NCBI GenBank assembly: GCA_038045705.1
Contig: JBBSXO010000003.1
Span: forward strand, 96,001-160,000
Origin: Nanobdellota archaeon
GTDB lineage: Archaea; Nanobdellota; Nanobdellia; Pacearchaeales; GW2011-AR1
Reading direction: 5' to 3'
DNA length: 64,000 nucleotides
Shown here: piece after piece, positions 49,801 to 59,026 of the stretch
Numbering within the stretch: the stretch's first letter is position 1
How the letters are laid out: each line of letters starts with the position of its first letter
Made by a program: the position numbers and the translations under genes
Notes under the pieces: generated by a model
Told to the model about the DNA's origin: nothing
Seen by the model: the letters and a program-made list of their open reading frames with translations, nothing else
Database searches by the model: none

Positions 49801-50686
49801 TCTGACTTTCTGTAGATAAAAGAGATGCAGAAGCAGTAATAGTTAAAGGGAAAGTTGGCCGTAATGTAGCATCATAAGAAGGCCCATCATTATTACTAAG
49901 ACGATCATCATAAGGTTGACCGCTTAGACCACTACGAAAACTTGGATTCAACCATGAACCATGCCTTCCAGGTATTTGTAAAGGAGAAGTACTAGTAATT
50001 GTTACAGGACCAATAACCCACCAATCTCCATTAGCAAATTGCCCGCATTCAACAGGTGTTTGAAAATTCCAAGTAATTCCATAACGAGTAATTGAAGAAC
50101 ACAAAGCACTTTCAGGTCCAGACCCACCAGAAGGAGATAAAGAAGAATCATCGCCATAAAAAAGATAAATTTTTTCAGAAACCAAATTCTTAGAATAACT
50201 AGGAGAAGAGCTAAGACTAACAATAGAATAAATTTCAAGTCTAGAATCTTCTGAAGATTCATCCGCCAAAATTAAAACTCCATCGGTAATTTTCCAGTCA
50301 AATGAAGCAACACCATTTTCAAAAACGCTTTGAAGATTAATTATATGGTCATCAAACAGGATATCTTTTTCAAAAATCTCAAAATCAACTTTATAACCAT
50401 CACAATTTTTTCCAAAAACTTCAAAGTGAACAACATCTCCAATTTTAACAGAATTAACACTCGATGAAACTCTTTCAATTATACACGAAGAACCAATATC
50501 TACATTAGGAAAAGTTCTAAGATCTGAAATATTAAGAAGAGAATCTTCTTCAGAAATAACTTTGCCTGTAATTGTCCCATCAATATCAAAAAAACTATAA
50601 GTCTTATTTACGTCAAAAAATAAAACAAAAGAAAAAAAAGCAATAAAAAAAACAAATATAATAAAAAAATCAACACTCCACTTCAT
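46811..50686 (-). CDS. Large modular surface protein (uncharacterised catalytic-like domain, FN3, Ig-like, Cys/Asp-rich repeats, C-terminal TM)
   Basis: N-terminal TM with ITGKVI; FN3 WKDNSDNE; CDGLDNDCDG repeats; Ser/Gly linker; C-terminal TM. Confidence 0.85.
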   Translation of the reverse strand: MKWSVDFFIIFVFFIAFFSFVLFFDVNKTYSFFDIDGTITGKVISEEDSLLNISDLRTFPNVDIGSSCIIERVSSSVNSVKIGDVVHFEVFGKNCDGYKVDFEIFEKDILFDDHIINLQSVFENGVASFDWKITDGVLILADESSEDSRLEIYSIVSLSSSPSYSKNLVSEKIYLFYGDDSSLSPSGGSGPESALCSSITRYGITWNFQTPVECGQFANGDWWVIGPVTITSTSPLQIPGRHGSWLNPSFRSGLSGQPYDDRLSNNDGPSYDATLRPTFPLTITASASLLSTESQTTPSTCGATYGWDAVNSITFSCTRGFVRDAAVLTILTQVPPANSFRPTYFGTDKTIRFNKNQLDYNRLGRLTPSSAPPSPLNISQIEKTFERVNVQTNYWRTEGVQPSLGASGYGGAFALDVSYIAILVNLNYTNAEKERLVVMLTQLGIDFYGAFNNRVNVNDSWFPNGGHGSGRLFPILFAGALLNDQGMSRIRFDNTDPGYFGDTGQTFAVTNYPVNTPPSVIPECSAGGVNCGYGGYTSADIGLPDWGWNHWDDPRGDNVIWTGNGYRICCTASSWVGYALAAHIMGITDLWNHDVYFPYMDRYMQIEGVTQFPDWRRWLDQLWVTHRSDYGRQWNPNDLCTENTQRNCQEQRGVCAGSRETCKFKNWWGCSAPTYSPTTYVTHNSNYQVIESTCDGLDNDCDGQVDEGCVPGSLPNSPSDLNVTPVSSIQLRLNWKDNSDNEMNFRVERRQLPSGSFNVLSTASNLPANTITFTDNGLPTSTSFEYRVLANNSVGVSGWSNLASNTTNQSAPLDFTISRSPTSGSVQRGNTVSTTVTATHTSGTSSAVTFTATNLSAGISALFNPTSCTPSSGNSCSSTLTLSASSSATLVSNQSIIITGTSGTVVRNVNYNLTVLSLPVCTNGQVRNCGEQRGVCLNSFETCTNNNWPGCNYNSISGYATVETGVELCRDGLDNDCDGTRDLVGDSGCPIPLYSRFNNNLTTNISNITDLTRVVDFSIGIPGLGRIQYLGQQVSLWRSVSGVYQALNLNNAIAIASNIVGVYSESYVELNQTARVTFYNLSYTQAPVPIIQTSSGNVTCPSTKCTPLSYSNGEFVMTAVGFSNYSTLNSTCGDNYCHVLSETCSSCASDCGTCGTGSGSSSSGSGSGSSSGSGTGGPPRRTNTLVTQCNDEVDNDGDGLVDYPSDTGCSNDNDNIELDETQLVDEDLEETETLTEDSPIDSQIRLVFWIIMSTLIVGIIIVMIVIVHSVRKHRRFKSLMGNRLIRKTGYN
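47140..47176 (+). repeat. 37-bp exact repeat shared by the two tandem surface-protein genes, copy 1
   Basis: tagttcttctaggaggaccaccagtcccacttccaga; identical to 51083-51119. Confidence 0.9.
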
Positions 50687-50744
50687 AAAGAAAAAAGAAT
50701 AAGGCTATTTATAAGGTTTATTATAGCTCTATCTCGACTACAAA

Positions 50745-53700
50745 TCAAATCCCTAGAGGAGGCGAATTACTTGAACTTGAAGCAACTTTTGCAAGATTAT
50801 TAAATCTATTTTTTCCAATCAAATATCTAAGGATGATCATAGAAGCAATAACAATTCCACCAATAAGCGCAACAATAACTATCCAAAAGATAATCTTTAT
50901 CTCAAAGACTCTTTCAAGAGGAGTAGGTAAGCTTTGGTCTTCACCTTCTGATTCATCAATCAAAGAGTCTACATTCAATTCAACATTATCTTGGGCATTG
51001 CTACAACCAGCATCTCTAGGATAATCAACTAGTCCATCACCATCATTGTCAACTCTATCATTACATTGAGTAACTAAAGGAGTAGTTCTTCTAGGAGGAC
51101 CACCAGTCCCACTTCCAGATCCAGAACCTGAGCCAGATCCACTTCCACTAGAAGAAGGGCATGCCCCACAATCAGAACTACAAGAAGAACAAGTCTCACT
51201 CAGGCTGCAGTAAGTGTCTCCACAACTAGAGTTTCTAGTACTATAATTACTAAATCCAGCAACATTCATACTAAATACACCATTAAGATAAGCCAAACTT
51301 TGACATGATGTAGAAGGACAAATAACATATCCAGTAGAACTTGAAACAACAGGAGTAGGTGCTTCCGAATAAGACAAACCTTCAAATGTTAAAACAGCAG
51401 TTTGATCAAGTTCAGGATTACTTAGAGCATCAACACCAATCAAATTATTTTCTATAGTTACAGCATCATCCAAATTCAAGGCCTGATGAATTCCAGAAGC
51501 ATTTCTCAAAACAGAAACTCTCTGTCCTAAGTATTGTATTCTTCCAGCTCCAGAAACTGCTAGAGACATATCTTGAACATTGCTTAAATCAGGAACAGCA
51601 AAGAAATTAGTAGTCAATGGAGAAATAAATCCAGTAACAGAAGGAACAGGACACCCATTCAAAGTACTAACAACTGTAGATATAGACGTATTAAGACATA
51701 AATCTAAATTATTTGGAACTGGTCCATCTGGAATACTGTCTCCATCATTATCAAAACTACAGATATTATTATAACACAATCCAGTAGTATATGTAGAACC
51801 AGCAATAACGCAATCAGAGCCAGAGCTTAATAGACAAGACTCTCCAAAATCACACAACAAACCAGCAGGTGTGCAAATAGGGCCACCGCCATCTCTACAG
51901 GTTTCATGAGAATCCTGAATACCATTACTACATTCAGCAAGAGTTCCTGTCTCTCCTTGCAAAGTCAATGTAACCCGACGGACAACGTTAGTAGTTTGAG
52001 ATGTTGCAGTAATAACTATGGGATAATTTTGTTCAACAACATTTCCAACATCTACATCAAGAGTTACATTACAAGTAGGATTAGGGTTTCCAGCACTAGG
52101 AGTACATCTATCTGATCCAACAAAACTAACAGAAGCTTCAGGAATAGATTGAGCAGACACAACAACTTCTTCTTGAGTCATTTCAACAAGACTCTCTAAT
52201 TTAACTTCGACATTAAATGAAGATCCAGAAACAACAGGAACTGTAGAAGGATTCAAAGTAGATAGATAACTAAATGGATAATTCACTCTAAGATTTTGCG
52301 GAGAAGAAGAAACAATACCATCTCCACTTATAACTCTTATTGCAAAATCACCTACTAATGTCCCTAATATTCCAGGAGGTAAAGACAATTGTATTAAGTT
52401 AGAATTAGCAACAGTTGTTAAAGGAGTTATATCTATTCCATTTGCAGTAACAAAAGCCAAAGGATCAAAATCATTTCCAACTAGATTAATAATATTATTA
52501 ACATTGTTAACAATAATATTAGGAGAAATAGAATTTATCACAGGACTAGATCTCAAAGTAAAAGTGAAAGAGTTAGAATTCAGTCCAGGAGCAGGAGTCG
52601 GATTTACAACACTAATGGAGTGAGTTCCAACTCTAAATGTTTCAGCCTCAATATTAAAAGAGATACTATTTCCAGTAATAACTAAGTTCTGACATTGCGT
52701 AGAACAAGGAACTCCATCAATTCTTAATTCAGCATTAGACGCAAAATATTGCCCATTAATAGTTAAAGCATTATCAGATCCCCACAAAAATATAGGGCTA
52801 GGAAGATTATTTATGTTATTTATAACTGGGCTCTGATCAACACAACCGCAAGAATTAGCATTACAACTTTGTGATTGAGAACAACCACTACTAGAATCAC
52901 ATGTAGCACCACACTGATTGATCCTACATTGATAAGAACCAGCACAAGTACCTGCATCTACACATCTATCTGGACTACCACTAGATTTAGTTCCACTAGT
53001 ACCAGCACATTCAACACACCATTGACAAAGATTACCAGGTGCAGTATTACAAGATGTACTTGTACTGTATCCAGAACAAGAACCAGCAGTTATTTGCACG
53101 TTAGAAGTCAAAGCATTTCCGCTTCTATAAGATATAGAAGAATCAATATCACATCTTGCAATTTGAGTTATTCCAGGAGTAGAAGAACTTAAACAATTAA
53201 AAGTAGCTGTACTTCCACTAGAACTAGATAAAGCACAAGTAGAGGAACCAATAAATCCATCTAATGCAACGGCAACATTTGCAGGATTTGAAGTACAAAC
53301 TAAATTAAAATTAGTATTTGCATTAACACTAGAAGGCGCATTTATGTTTGTAATCTGAATAGAACATCCACTATCTCCTTTAATTAAACCATCTCCACTT
53401 CCAATATAATCTCTTCCACCAGTAGCAATATTGAGTTCATCACAGTCATTATCCATACCATCAGAACACAAAGCAGAACCAGTTTCAACAGAAGCATAAT
53501 TGGGACTATGAGATGAATATGTCCCAGAAGTGCAAGCCTCAAACTCTCCATCAACACATCTAGCAACAGAACCTTGACAAACACCCTGTTGATTGCTACA
53601 AGGAATAGTATCAACACCATCAAGACAAGTAGTAGCTTCTATAGTCAAAGGTAACCAATTAGCAGAATACTGCAAGAAAGGATTGCCAGTAGGATCAAAT

Positions 53701-54800
53701 ACATTAGCATATTGATATTCTAAAGATGCAGGATCCTGTCCTTGAGGAATTACAAAAGTAAATGTATTGCTATCAACCCAATTACAATTATAATTACTTC
53801 CAACAAGGTAATTACAAACATCTATAGTCGTTTGAGTAAGTGTATCTCTTACAAAAATTGAATACTCTGGCATCAAATTAGTCCCGGTAATTGTAATTGG
53901 TCTTGCAATATTATGTCTTACAGTCCCGGGAGTTAATGTATTAATTACAGGAACAGGTGCATTCCTAATAGTAAGCTGCTGAGGTTGAGATTCTCGAAAA
54001 TTATCTAAATTAACAACCTTAATATCGTAAACATCTGCAATAGCATTTCTCTGTACAGGAAATCTAATTTCATTAACACTAACTCTAGAACAACCAAGAG
54101 TCGCAAAAGAACAATAAGGATCATAATTAGATTGTTCTTGAGGTTTATAAAAAATAGCAAAATTAACTGGAAGGTTATCTCCTAGCATAGAAACATCAGT
54201 TAAAACATGATTGTAAACAGGGTTAGGATTAAACGAATTAATAATAGGAGCATCAGATAAAGTAACTCCAGTAGCTGTATTTGACCAAGGAGATGATAAA
54301 ATTATATTATAAGCAAGAACTCTATAATCGTAAGAAGTGCTTGGCATAAGATTATTATGTATAAATGATTCTGTATTTGGAGGTAAACCATTAGCTCCCT
54401 GAACATCTGCCCAAGCAGACTCTGGAGCAGAAGATAATTTATATTGTAAAATAAATCCATCTTCACTATTACTTGGACTATTACTATTGTCAGTCCAATC
54501 CAGCCTTATAGAAGAAAAACTTAAAGGTGTAGCAGTTAAATCACTAGGTGGTAAAGGTGGTTCAGTTGGATCATCAGTAGGCTGTAAAAGAATGCCATCG
54601 ACAGGATTAACAAAAGGATAAATAATTTTAGACAAAACAGAATCTCCCAATTCATATTCGGAAGGTGAAGCCTCTCCAGTAGAAATATATTCTGCAACAC
54701 AAGGAAGAGAACCACAATTATTAGCATAATCTAAGTAAAGCACAAAAGCAGATAAAAAACTAAAAATAACAACTACAAATAAAAAACCATCTCTTTTCAT
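50745..54800 (-). CDS. Large modular surface protein (FN3, several IPT/TIG-like domains, Cys-rich repeats, C-terminal TM)
   Basis: Likely start MKRDGFLF at 54800; FN3 WTDNS; repeated PxINS/TxxP IPT starts; paralogous C-terminus to 46811-50686. Confidence 0.85.
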   Translation of the reverse strand: MKRDGFLFVVVIFSFLSAFVLYLDYANNCGSLPCVAEYISTGEASPSEYELGDSVLSKIIYPFVNPVDGILLQPTDDPTEPPLPPSDLTATPLSFSSIRLDWTDNSNSPSNSEDGFILQYKLSSAPESAWADVQGANGLPPNTESFIHNNLMPSTSYDYRVLAYNIILSSPWSNTATGVTLSDAPIINSFNPNPVYNHVLTDVSMLGDNLPVNFAIFYKPQEQSNYDPYCSFATLGCSRVSVNEIRFPVQRNAIADVYDIKVVNLDNFRESQPQQLTIRNAPVPVINTLTPGTVRHNIARPITITGTNLMPEYSIFVRDTLTQTTIDVCNYLVGSNYNCNWVDSNTFTFVIPQGQDPASLEYQYANVFDPTGNPFLQYSANWLPLTIEATTCLDGVDTIPCSNQQGVCQGSVARCVDGEFEACTSGTYSSHSPNYASVETGSALCSDGMDNDCDELNIATGGRDYIGSGDGLIKGDSGCSIQITNINAPSSVNANTNFNLVCTSNPANVAVALDGFIGSSTCALSSSSGSTATFNCLSSSTPGITQIARCDIDSSISYRSGNALTSNVQITAGSCSGYSTSTSCNTAPGNLCQWCVECAGTSGTKSSGSPDRCVDAGTCAGSYQCRINQCGATCDSSSGCSQSQSCNANSCGCVDQSPVINNINNLPSPIFLWGSDNALTINGQYFASNAELRIDGVPCSTQCQNLVITGNSISFNIEAETFRVGTHSISVVNPTPAPGLNSNSFTFTLRSSPVINSISPNIIVNNVNNIINLVGNDFDPLAFVTANGIDITPLTTVANSNLIQLSLPPGILGTLVGDFAIRVISGDGIVSSSPQNLRVNYPFSYLSTLNPSTVPVVSGSSFNVEVKLESLVEMTQEEVVVSAQSIPEASVSFVGSDRCTPSAGNPNPTCNVTLDVDVGNVVEQNYPIVITATSQTTNVVRRVTLTLQGETGTLAECSNGIQDSHETCRDGGGPICTPAGLLCDFGESCLLSSGSDCVIAGSTYTTGLCYNNICSFDNDGDSIPDGPVPNNLDLCLNTSISTVVSTLNGCPVPSVTGFISPLTTNFFAVPDLSNVQDMSLAVSGAGRIQYLGQRVSVLRNASGIHQALNLDDAVTIENNLIGVDALSNPELDQTAVLTFEGLSYSEAPTPVVSSSTGYVICPSTSCQSLAYLNGVFSMNVAGFSNYSTRNSSCGDTYCSLSETCSSCSSDCGACPSSSGSGSGSGSGSGSGTGGPPRRTTPLVTQCNDRVDNDGDGLVDYPRDAGCSNAQDNVELNVDSLIDESEGEDQSLPTPLERVFEIKIIFWIVIVALIGGIVIASMIILRYLIGKNRFNNLAKVASSSSNSPPLGI
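51083..51119 (+). repeat. 37-bp exact repeat, copy 2
   Basis: Identical to 47140-47176. Confidence 0.9.
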
Positions 54801-54914
54801 TACAATAGATATAACTAAGTCATTTATAAAGTTTATTCTAAAAATTACTAGATTATTAATAACTATATCTTTAATGGTAACAAACAATATAAAGCAAAAT
54901 CCATCTGCAACACA

Positions 54915-56927
54915 ATGGAGCTTGGAAAGAAACAAGAATTGGAACTAGAAGCAAAAAGATTCTTTGAAAGCTATAAGAAAGAAATATTTCAATCAATAAG
55001 AGGAGGAGGTCAAGTTGTAATTTTAGAATTCGATATGTTATCTAGATTTTCTCCAATGCTTTCTGAAAAGCTCTTAGAAATTCCAGAAGAAATAACTGCA
55101 CTATTAGAAATCTCATTGGATGAGACTGGTCTCATAAAAAATCCAAGAATCAGATTCAAAACACTTCCAGATTCGGTAAAAATAAAAATAAAAGAAATTC
55201 GTGCAAAACACCTAGATCAATTTATTGCAATTGAAGGAATAGTAAGACAAGCTTCAGATGTTAGACCACAAGTTGTAAACGCAAGATTCGAGTGTCCTAC
55301 ATGTGGTGCAATTTTATCAGTTCTTCAAATAGACAGAAAGTTTCGTGAGCCTTCAAGATGTTCCTGTGGGAGAAAAGGTCTATTCAAATTATTATCAAAA
55401 GAAATGGTTGATGCTCAGCGTCTAGTGATTGAGGAATCTCCCGACTCACTAGATGGAGGTGAACAACCAAGAAGAATGAATGTTTTTCTGAAAGAAGACT
55501 TAGTAGATCCTAAAATGGAAGAGAGAACAACTCCAGGAAGCAAGGTAAAAATAATTGGAGTTCTAAAAGAAGTCCCTGTTCCACTACCACAAGGCTCTAT
55601 TTCAACAAGATTTGATTTAGCAATTGAAGCCAATAATGCAATCCCTTTAGAAGAAACATTCGATGATTTAGAAGTTAATGAAAAAGATGAAGAAGAGATA
55701 AGGAAAATAGCATCGGATCCAAAAGCTTTTGAAAAGTTAGCATCAAGTATAGCTCCTAGTGTATATGGTTTCAAAGAAGTGAAAGAAGCAATTCTATTAC
55801 AATTATTTTCAGGAGTAAAAAAGAAGCGTTCTGACGGGGGAAATACGAGGGGAGATATTCATATTTTATTAGTAGGAGATCCAGGAGTAGCAAAATCAGT
55901 TACTTTAAAATTTGTATCAAGTATTGCTCCAAAGGGACGTTATGTTTCAGGTAAAGCTACAACTGGAGCTGGGTTGACTGCAAGTGTAATAAAAGATGAG
56001 TTTCTAAAGGGCTGGTCTTTAGAAGCAGGAGCAATGGTGTTAGCAAATAAAGGTTTAATAGCCATTGATGAAATTGAAAAAATGGACGAACATGATCGTT
56101 CAACTATGCATGAAGCGATGGAACAACAAAGCGTAACAATATCTAAAGCTAATATTCAGGCAACATTAAGATCTGAAACATCTGTTCTAGCTGCAGGAAA
56201 TCCAAAACTAGGAAGATTTGACCCAATAATTCCAATTCCTCAACAAATTAACATTTCTCCAGCGCTTTTAAGCCGTTTTGACGTAATTTTTGTTTTGAGA
56301 GACTTGCCCAATAGAGTGCAAGATGAAGCAATCGCATCACATGTTTTAGAAGAACATAAGCAAGAAGTAGAGAGAGATGTAATTAATCCAAAAATGTTAC
56401 GTAAATATATTGCATACGCTAGAAAAAAAGTAAAACCCAAGTTAACAGATGAGGCAGCCGATGAAATAAAAGAATTCTATATATCCATACGTAATAAAGC
56501 AATCACTTCAAATTCAGAAGTAAAAGCAATCCCTATTACTGCAAGACAGTTAGAAGCAATAGTAAGATTATCAGAAGCATGTGCAAAAATTAGATTAAGC
56601 AATTACGTTGCTTTAGAAGATGCAAGAAGAGCCATAGCACTCTTAAAATATTCAATGATGCAAGTAGGTTTTGACCAAGAAACCCAATCATTTGATATTG
56701 ATAGAGTCACAACAGGAATACCCGCATCAAAGAGGAATAAAATTATAGTAGTTCGAGACACAATAGCAAAGTTAGAATCAAGTCTAGGAAAACTAATACC
56801 TACAATAGAATTAGAAAAAGAAATAGGGGAAAAACTATCAAAAGAAGAAATAGAAGATGCATTAAATCAACTTTCAAAATCAGGAGATATCTTTAAACCC
56901 AAAGCAGGTTATATTCAGAAACTTTAA
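54915..56927 (+). CDS. mcm: MCM replicative helicase
   Basis: Zn finger CPTC..CSC, GDPGVAKS, IDEIEKM, LLSRFD, ITARQLE. Confidence 0.98.
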   Translation: MELGKKQELELEAKRFFESYKKEIFQSIRGGGQVVILEFDMLSRFSPMLSEKLLEIPEEITALLEISLDETGLIKNPRIRFKTLPDSVKIKIKEIRAKHLDQFIAIEGIVRQASDVRPQVVNARFECPTCGAILSVLQIDRKFREPSRCSCGRKGLFKLLSKEMVDAQRLVIEESPDSLDGGEQPRRMNVFLKEDLVDPKMEERTTPGSKVKIIGVLKEVPVPLPQGSISTRFDLAIEANNAIPLEETFDDLEVNEKDEEEIRKIASDPKAFEKLASSIAPSVYGFKEVKEAILLQLFSGVKKKRSDGGNTRGDIHILLVGDPGVAKSVTLKFVSSIAPKGRYVSGKATTGAGLTASVIKDEFLKGWSLEAGAMVLANKGLIAIDEIEKMDEHDRSTMHEAMEQQSVTISKANIQATLRSETSVLAAGNPKLGRFDPIIPIPQQINISPALLSRFDVIFVLRDLPNRVQDEAIASHVLEEHKQEVERDVINPKMLRKYIAYARKKVKPKLTDEAADEIKEFYISIRNKAITSNSEVKAIPITARQLEAIVRLSEACAKIRLSNYVALEDARRAIALLKYSMMQVGFDQETQSFDIDRVTTGIPASKRNKIIVVRDTIAKLESSLGKLIPTIELEKEIGEKLSKEEIEDALNQLSKSGDIFKPKAGYIQKL

Positions 56928-57008
56928 CAAAGCACATATTACTCATAAAAAGTAACCACAACTCAAAGAAACGAACATTTATATATTAGTTATACAATAT
57001 AGTTATAC

Positions 57009-57239
57009 ATGGCAATTGAAGTAAAAACGAAAAAATGGGGAAATTCAATAGGAATAATTATCCCTAGTGAAACAATAGATAAACTAAATATAAAACCAGA
57101 AGAAAGAATAATAATACAAATTGAAAGAAAGACAAACGTATTGAAAGAAATGTTTGGAAAGGCTAAATTCAAAAAATCTGCTAAAGAAATGATAGAAGAA
57201 TTTAGAAGGGGAGCTGAAAGTAAATGGATGAGGAAATAA
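57009..57239 (+). CDS. vapB: AbrB/MazE-type antitoxin (VapB)
   Basis: KKWGNSIGIIIP; overlaps a PIN gene. Confidence 0.9.
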   Translation: MAIEVKTKKWGNSIGIIIPSETIDKLNIKPEERIIIQIERKTNVLKEMFGKAKFKKSAKEMIEEFRRGAESKWMRK

Positions 57240-57598
57240 AGTTCCTCGATACCTATGTATTAATAGAAATCTACTTAGGAAATGAGAAATTTACAAGTTA
57301 CTCTAATAAAGATTTTATTATTAATGACTTGATTTTAGCAGAATTTTATGGAGTTATGTTAAAAGATTATGGAAAAAGTGAGGCAGATATATGGTTTAAC
57401 AAGTTAGAAGAGTATTCTGTTCCAGTAAATAAAGAAATCTTAAAAGAAGCAGTAAAATTCAGACAAGAGAATAAAAAGAAAGATTTATCATTCTTTGATG
57501 CAGTAGGATACATCTTTGCACTAAGGAATAACTACAAATTTGTTACAGGAGACAAAGAGTTTGAACATCTAATAAATGTAGAATTCAAGAAAAAATAG
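57224..57598 (+). CDS. vapC: PIN-domain toxin (VapC)
   Basis: LDTYVLIE, LAEF, SFFDAVGY, TGDKEF. Confidence 0.92.
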   Translation: MDEEIKFLDTYVLIEIYLGNEKFTSYSNKDFIINDLILAEFYGVMLKDYGKSEADIWFNKLEEYSVPVNKEILKEAVKFRQENKKKDLSFFDAVGYIFALRNNYKFVTGDKEFEHLINVEFKKK

Positions 57599-57602
57599 AG
57601 AG

Positions 57603-57851
57603 TTATAATCTAATATCTTCGCAACCATCAGGTCTAGGAAGACCATATTCGCCAGCAGTATAAACTGCACATCCTCTTCTAAAAACTTCAATTGGGAGTC
57701 TCTCAATAGCTTTTGACATATCAACATCATATAATTTTCCCAATCTTTGTAACAATTCAGGATGCCACCAACATCTATTATGTCCTGTTAATTCAACCCA
57801 CTCTCTTAATATTCTTTCAGTTTCTCTTGCCTTATCTTCAAGTTCATTCAT
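57603..57851 (-). CDS. Small hypothetical protein
   Basis: 82-aa ORF containing GHNRCWW. Confidence 0.6.
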   Translation of the reverse strand: MNELEDKARETERILREWVELTGHNRCWWHPELLQRLGKLYDVDMSKAIERLPIEVFRRGCAVYTAGEYGLPRPDGCEDIRL

Positions 57852-57933
57852 AAAAGTAATTTAAAAGAATTAGTTATAAGTTTTATTATTCAGAACAACA
57901 ATAATTATAAACTAAACCTTGTAAAAAACAAAA

Positions 57934-58545
57934 ATGGCAGAAGAATTCAAGAGGCACACAGCATACAAACTAAAAATTGGAGATATATTAGTGGGAAACC
58001 AAATAACTGATGGAGAACGTTTAAAATTTATAGAAACAAACGGAAAAAATGTAGCTAGAGTTAATTTAATAGCGAACGTAGTTGATAAATTCATCCAAGA
58101 TGATGAAAAGAAATTTGCATCTATAACCTTAGATGATGCATCAGGTCAAATAAAACTAAAGACATTTGGTGAAGATATAGAAAAATTAAAAGCATTTGAA
58201 CAAGGAGATACCATCTTAGCAATTGGAATGGTTAGAGAATGGAATAAAGAGATTTATGTAACTCCTGAAATAATAAAGAAAAAACAACCAGAGTATCTTC
58301 TTTTGAGAAAATTAGAAAATGATAAAATGAAACCTTCAGAAACAGATAGAAAAGAAATTACAGAACTAAAAGACAAATTGATCGTTATAATAAAACGTGA
58401 AGATCAAAATGGTGGAGCAGATATAAAGAAACTAACAGAAGAGTTACAATCAAAACCAGAAACAATAAACCAGGAAATCCGCAAGTTGTTAGAAGAAGGT
58501 GCGATTTATGAACCTCGCCCTGGTAAGGTAAGATATCTGGGATAA
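57934..58545 (+). CDS. RPA32-like OB-fold/winged-helix ssDNA-binding protein
   Basis: RVNLIANVV, LDDASG; C-terminal GAIYEPRPG. Confidence 0.9.
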   Translation: MAEEFKRHTAYKLKIGDILVGNQITDGERLKFIETNGKNVARVNLIANVVDKFIQDDEKKFASITLDDASGQIKLKTFGEDIEKLKAFEQGDTILAIGMVREWNKEIYVTPEIIKKKQPEYLLLRKLENDKMKPSETDRKEITELKDKLIVIIKREDQNGGADIKKLTEELQSKPETINQEIRKLLEEGAIYEPRPGKVRYLG

Positions 58546-58546
58546 T

Positions 58547-59026
58547 ATGAATATTATTTCAGATAATGAAGATGCAAATCAATTTATAGAACAAGCAGTA
58601 AAAGTAGCTCTAAAAGCAACATGTCAAAGATCAAAATGCGGATCAGTAATAGTCAAAGACAAGATTATAATTGGAGAAGGCTTTAACTCTCCACCAAACG
58701 GCTTAGAGTCACAAAGAAGATGCATAAATAATAAAGAGTCCTATCACAAAAAGATCACTGACAAAACATGTTGCATTCATGCAGAACAAAGAGCAATAAT
58801 GGATGCACTAAAAAGAAATCCAACAAAAATAAGTGGTTCAAAGCTATATTTCATAAGACTAAATGAAGAAAATAAAAAATCTTTTGCAGGTAATCCATAT
58901 TGCACAATCTGTAGTAAAATGGCATTAGATGCAGGAATAAAAGAATTCATTTTGATGCACGAAGATGGAATCAAAATATACAACACGGAAGAATACAATT
59001 CACTATCTTATAATTTCAAATGGTAA
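58547..59026 (+). CDS. dCMP deaminase-like zinc deaminase
   Basis: ATC.R, HAEQRA, PYCTIC. Confidence 0.88.
   Translation: MNIISDNEDANQFIEQAVKVALKATCQRSKCGSVIVKDKIIIGEGFNSPPNGLESQRRCINNKESYHKKITDKTCCIHAEQRAIMDALKRNPTKISGSKLYFIRLNEENKKSFAGNPYCTICSKMALDAGIKEFILMHEDGIKIYNTEEYNSLSYNFKW

Noticed and set aside
46811-54800. Diversity-generating retroelement TR/VR pair in the paralogous surface genes
   Set aside because: No reverse transcriptase is in the window, both copies are coding, and the differences are not adenine-specific.
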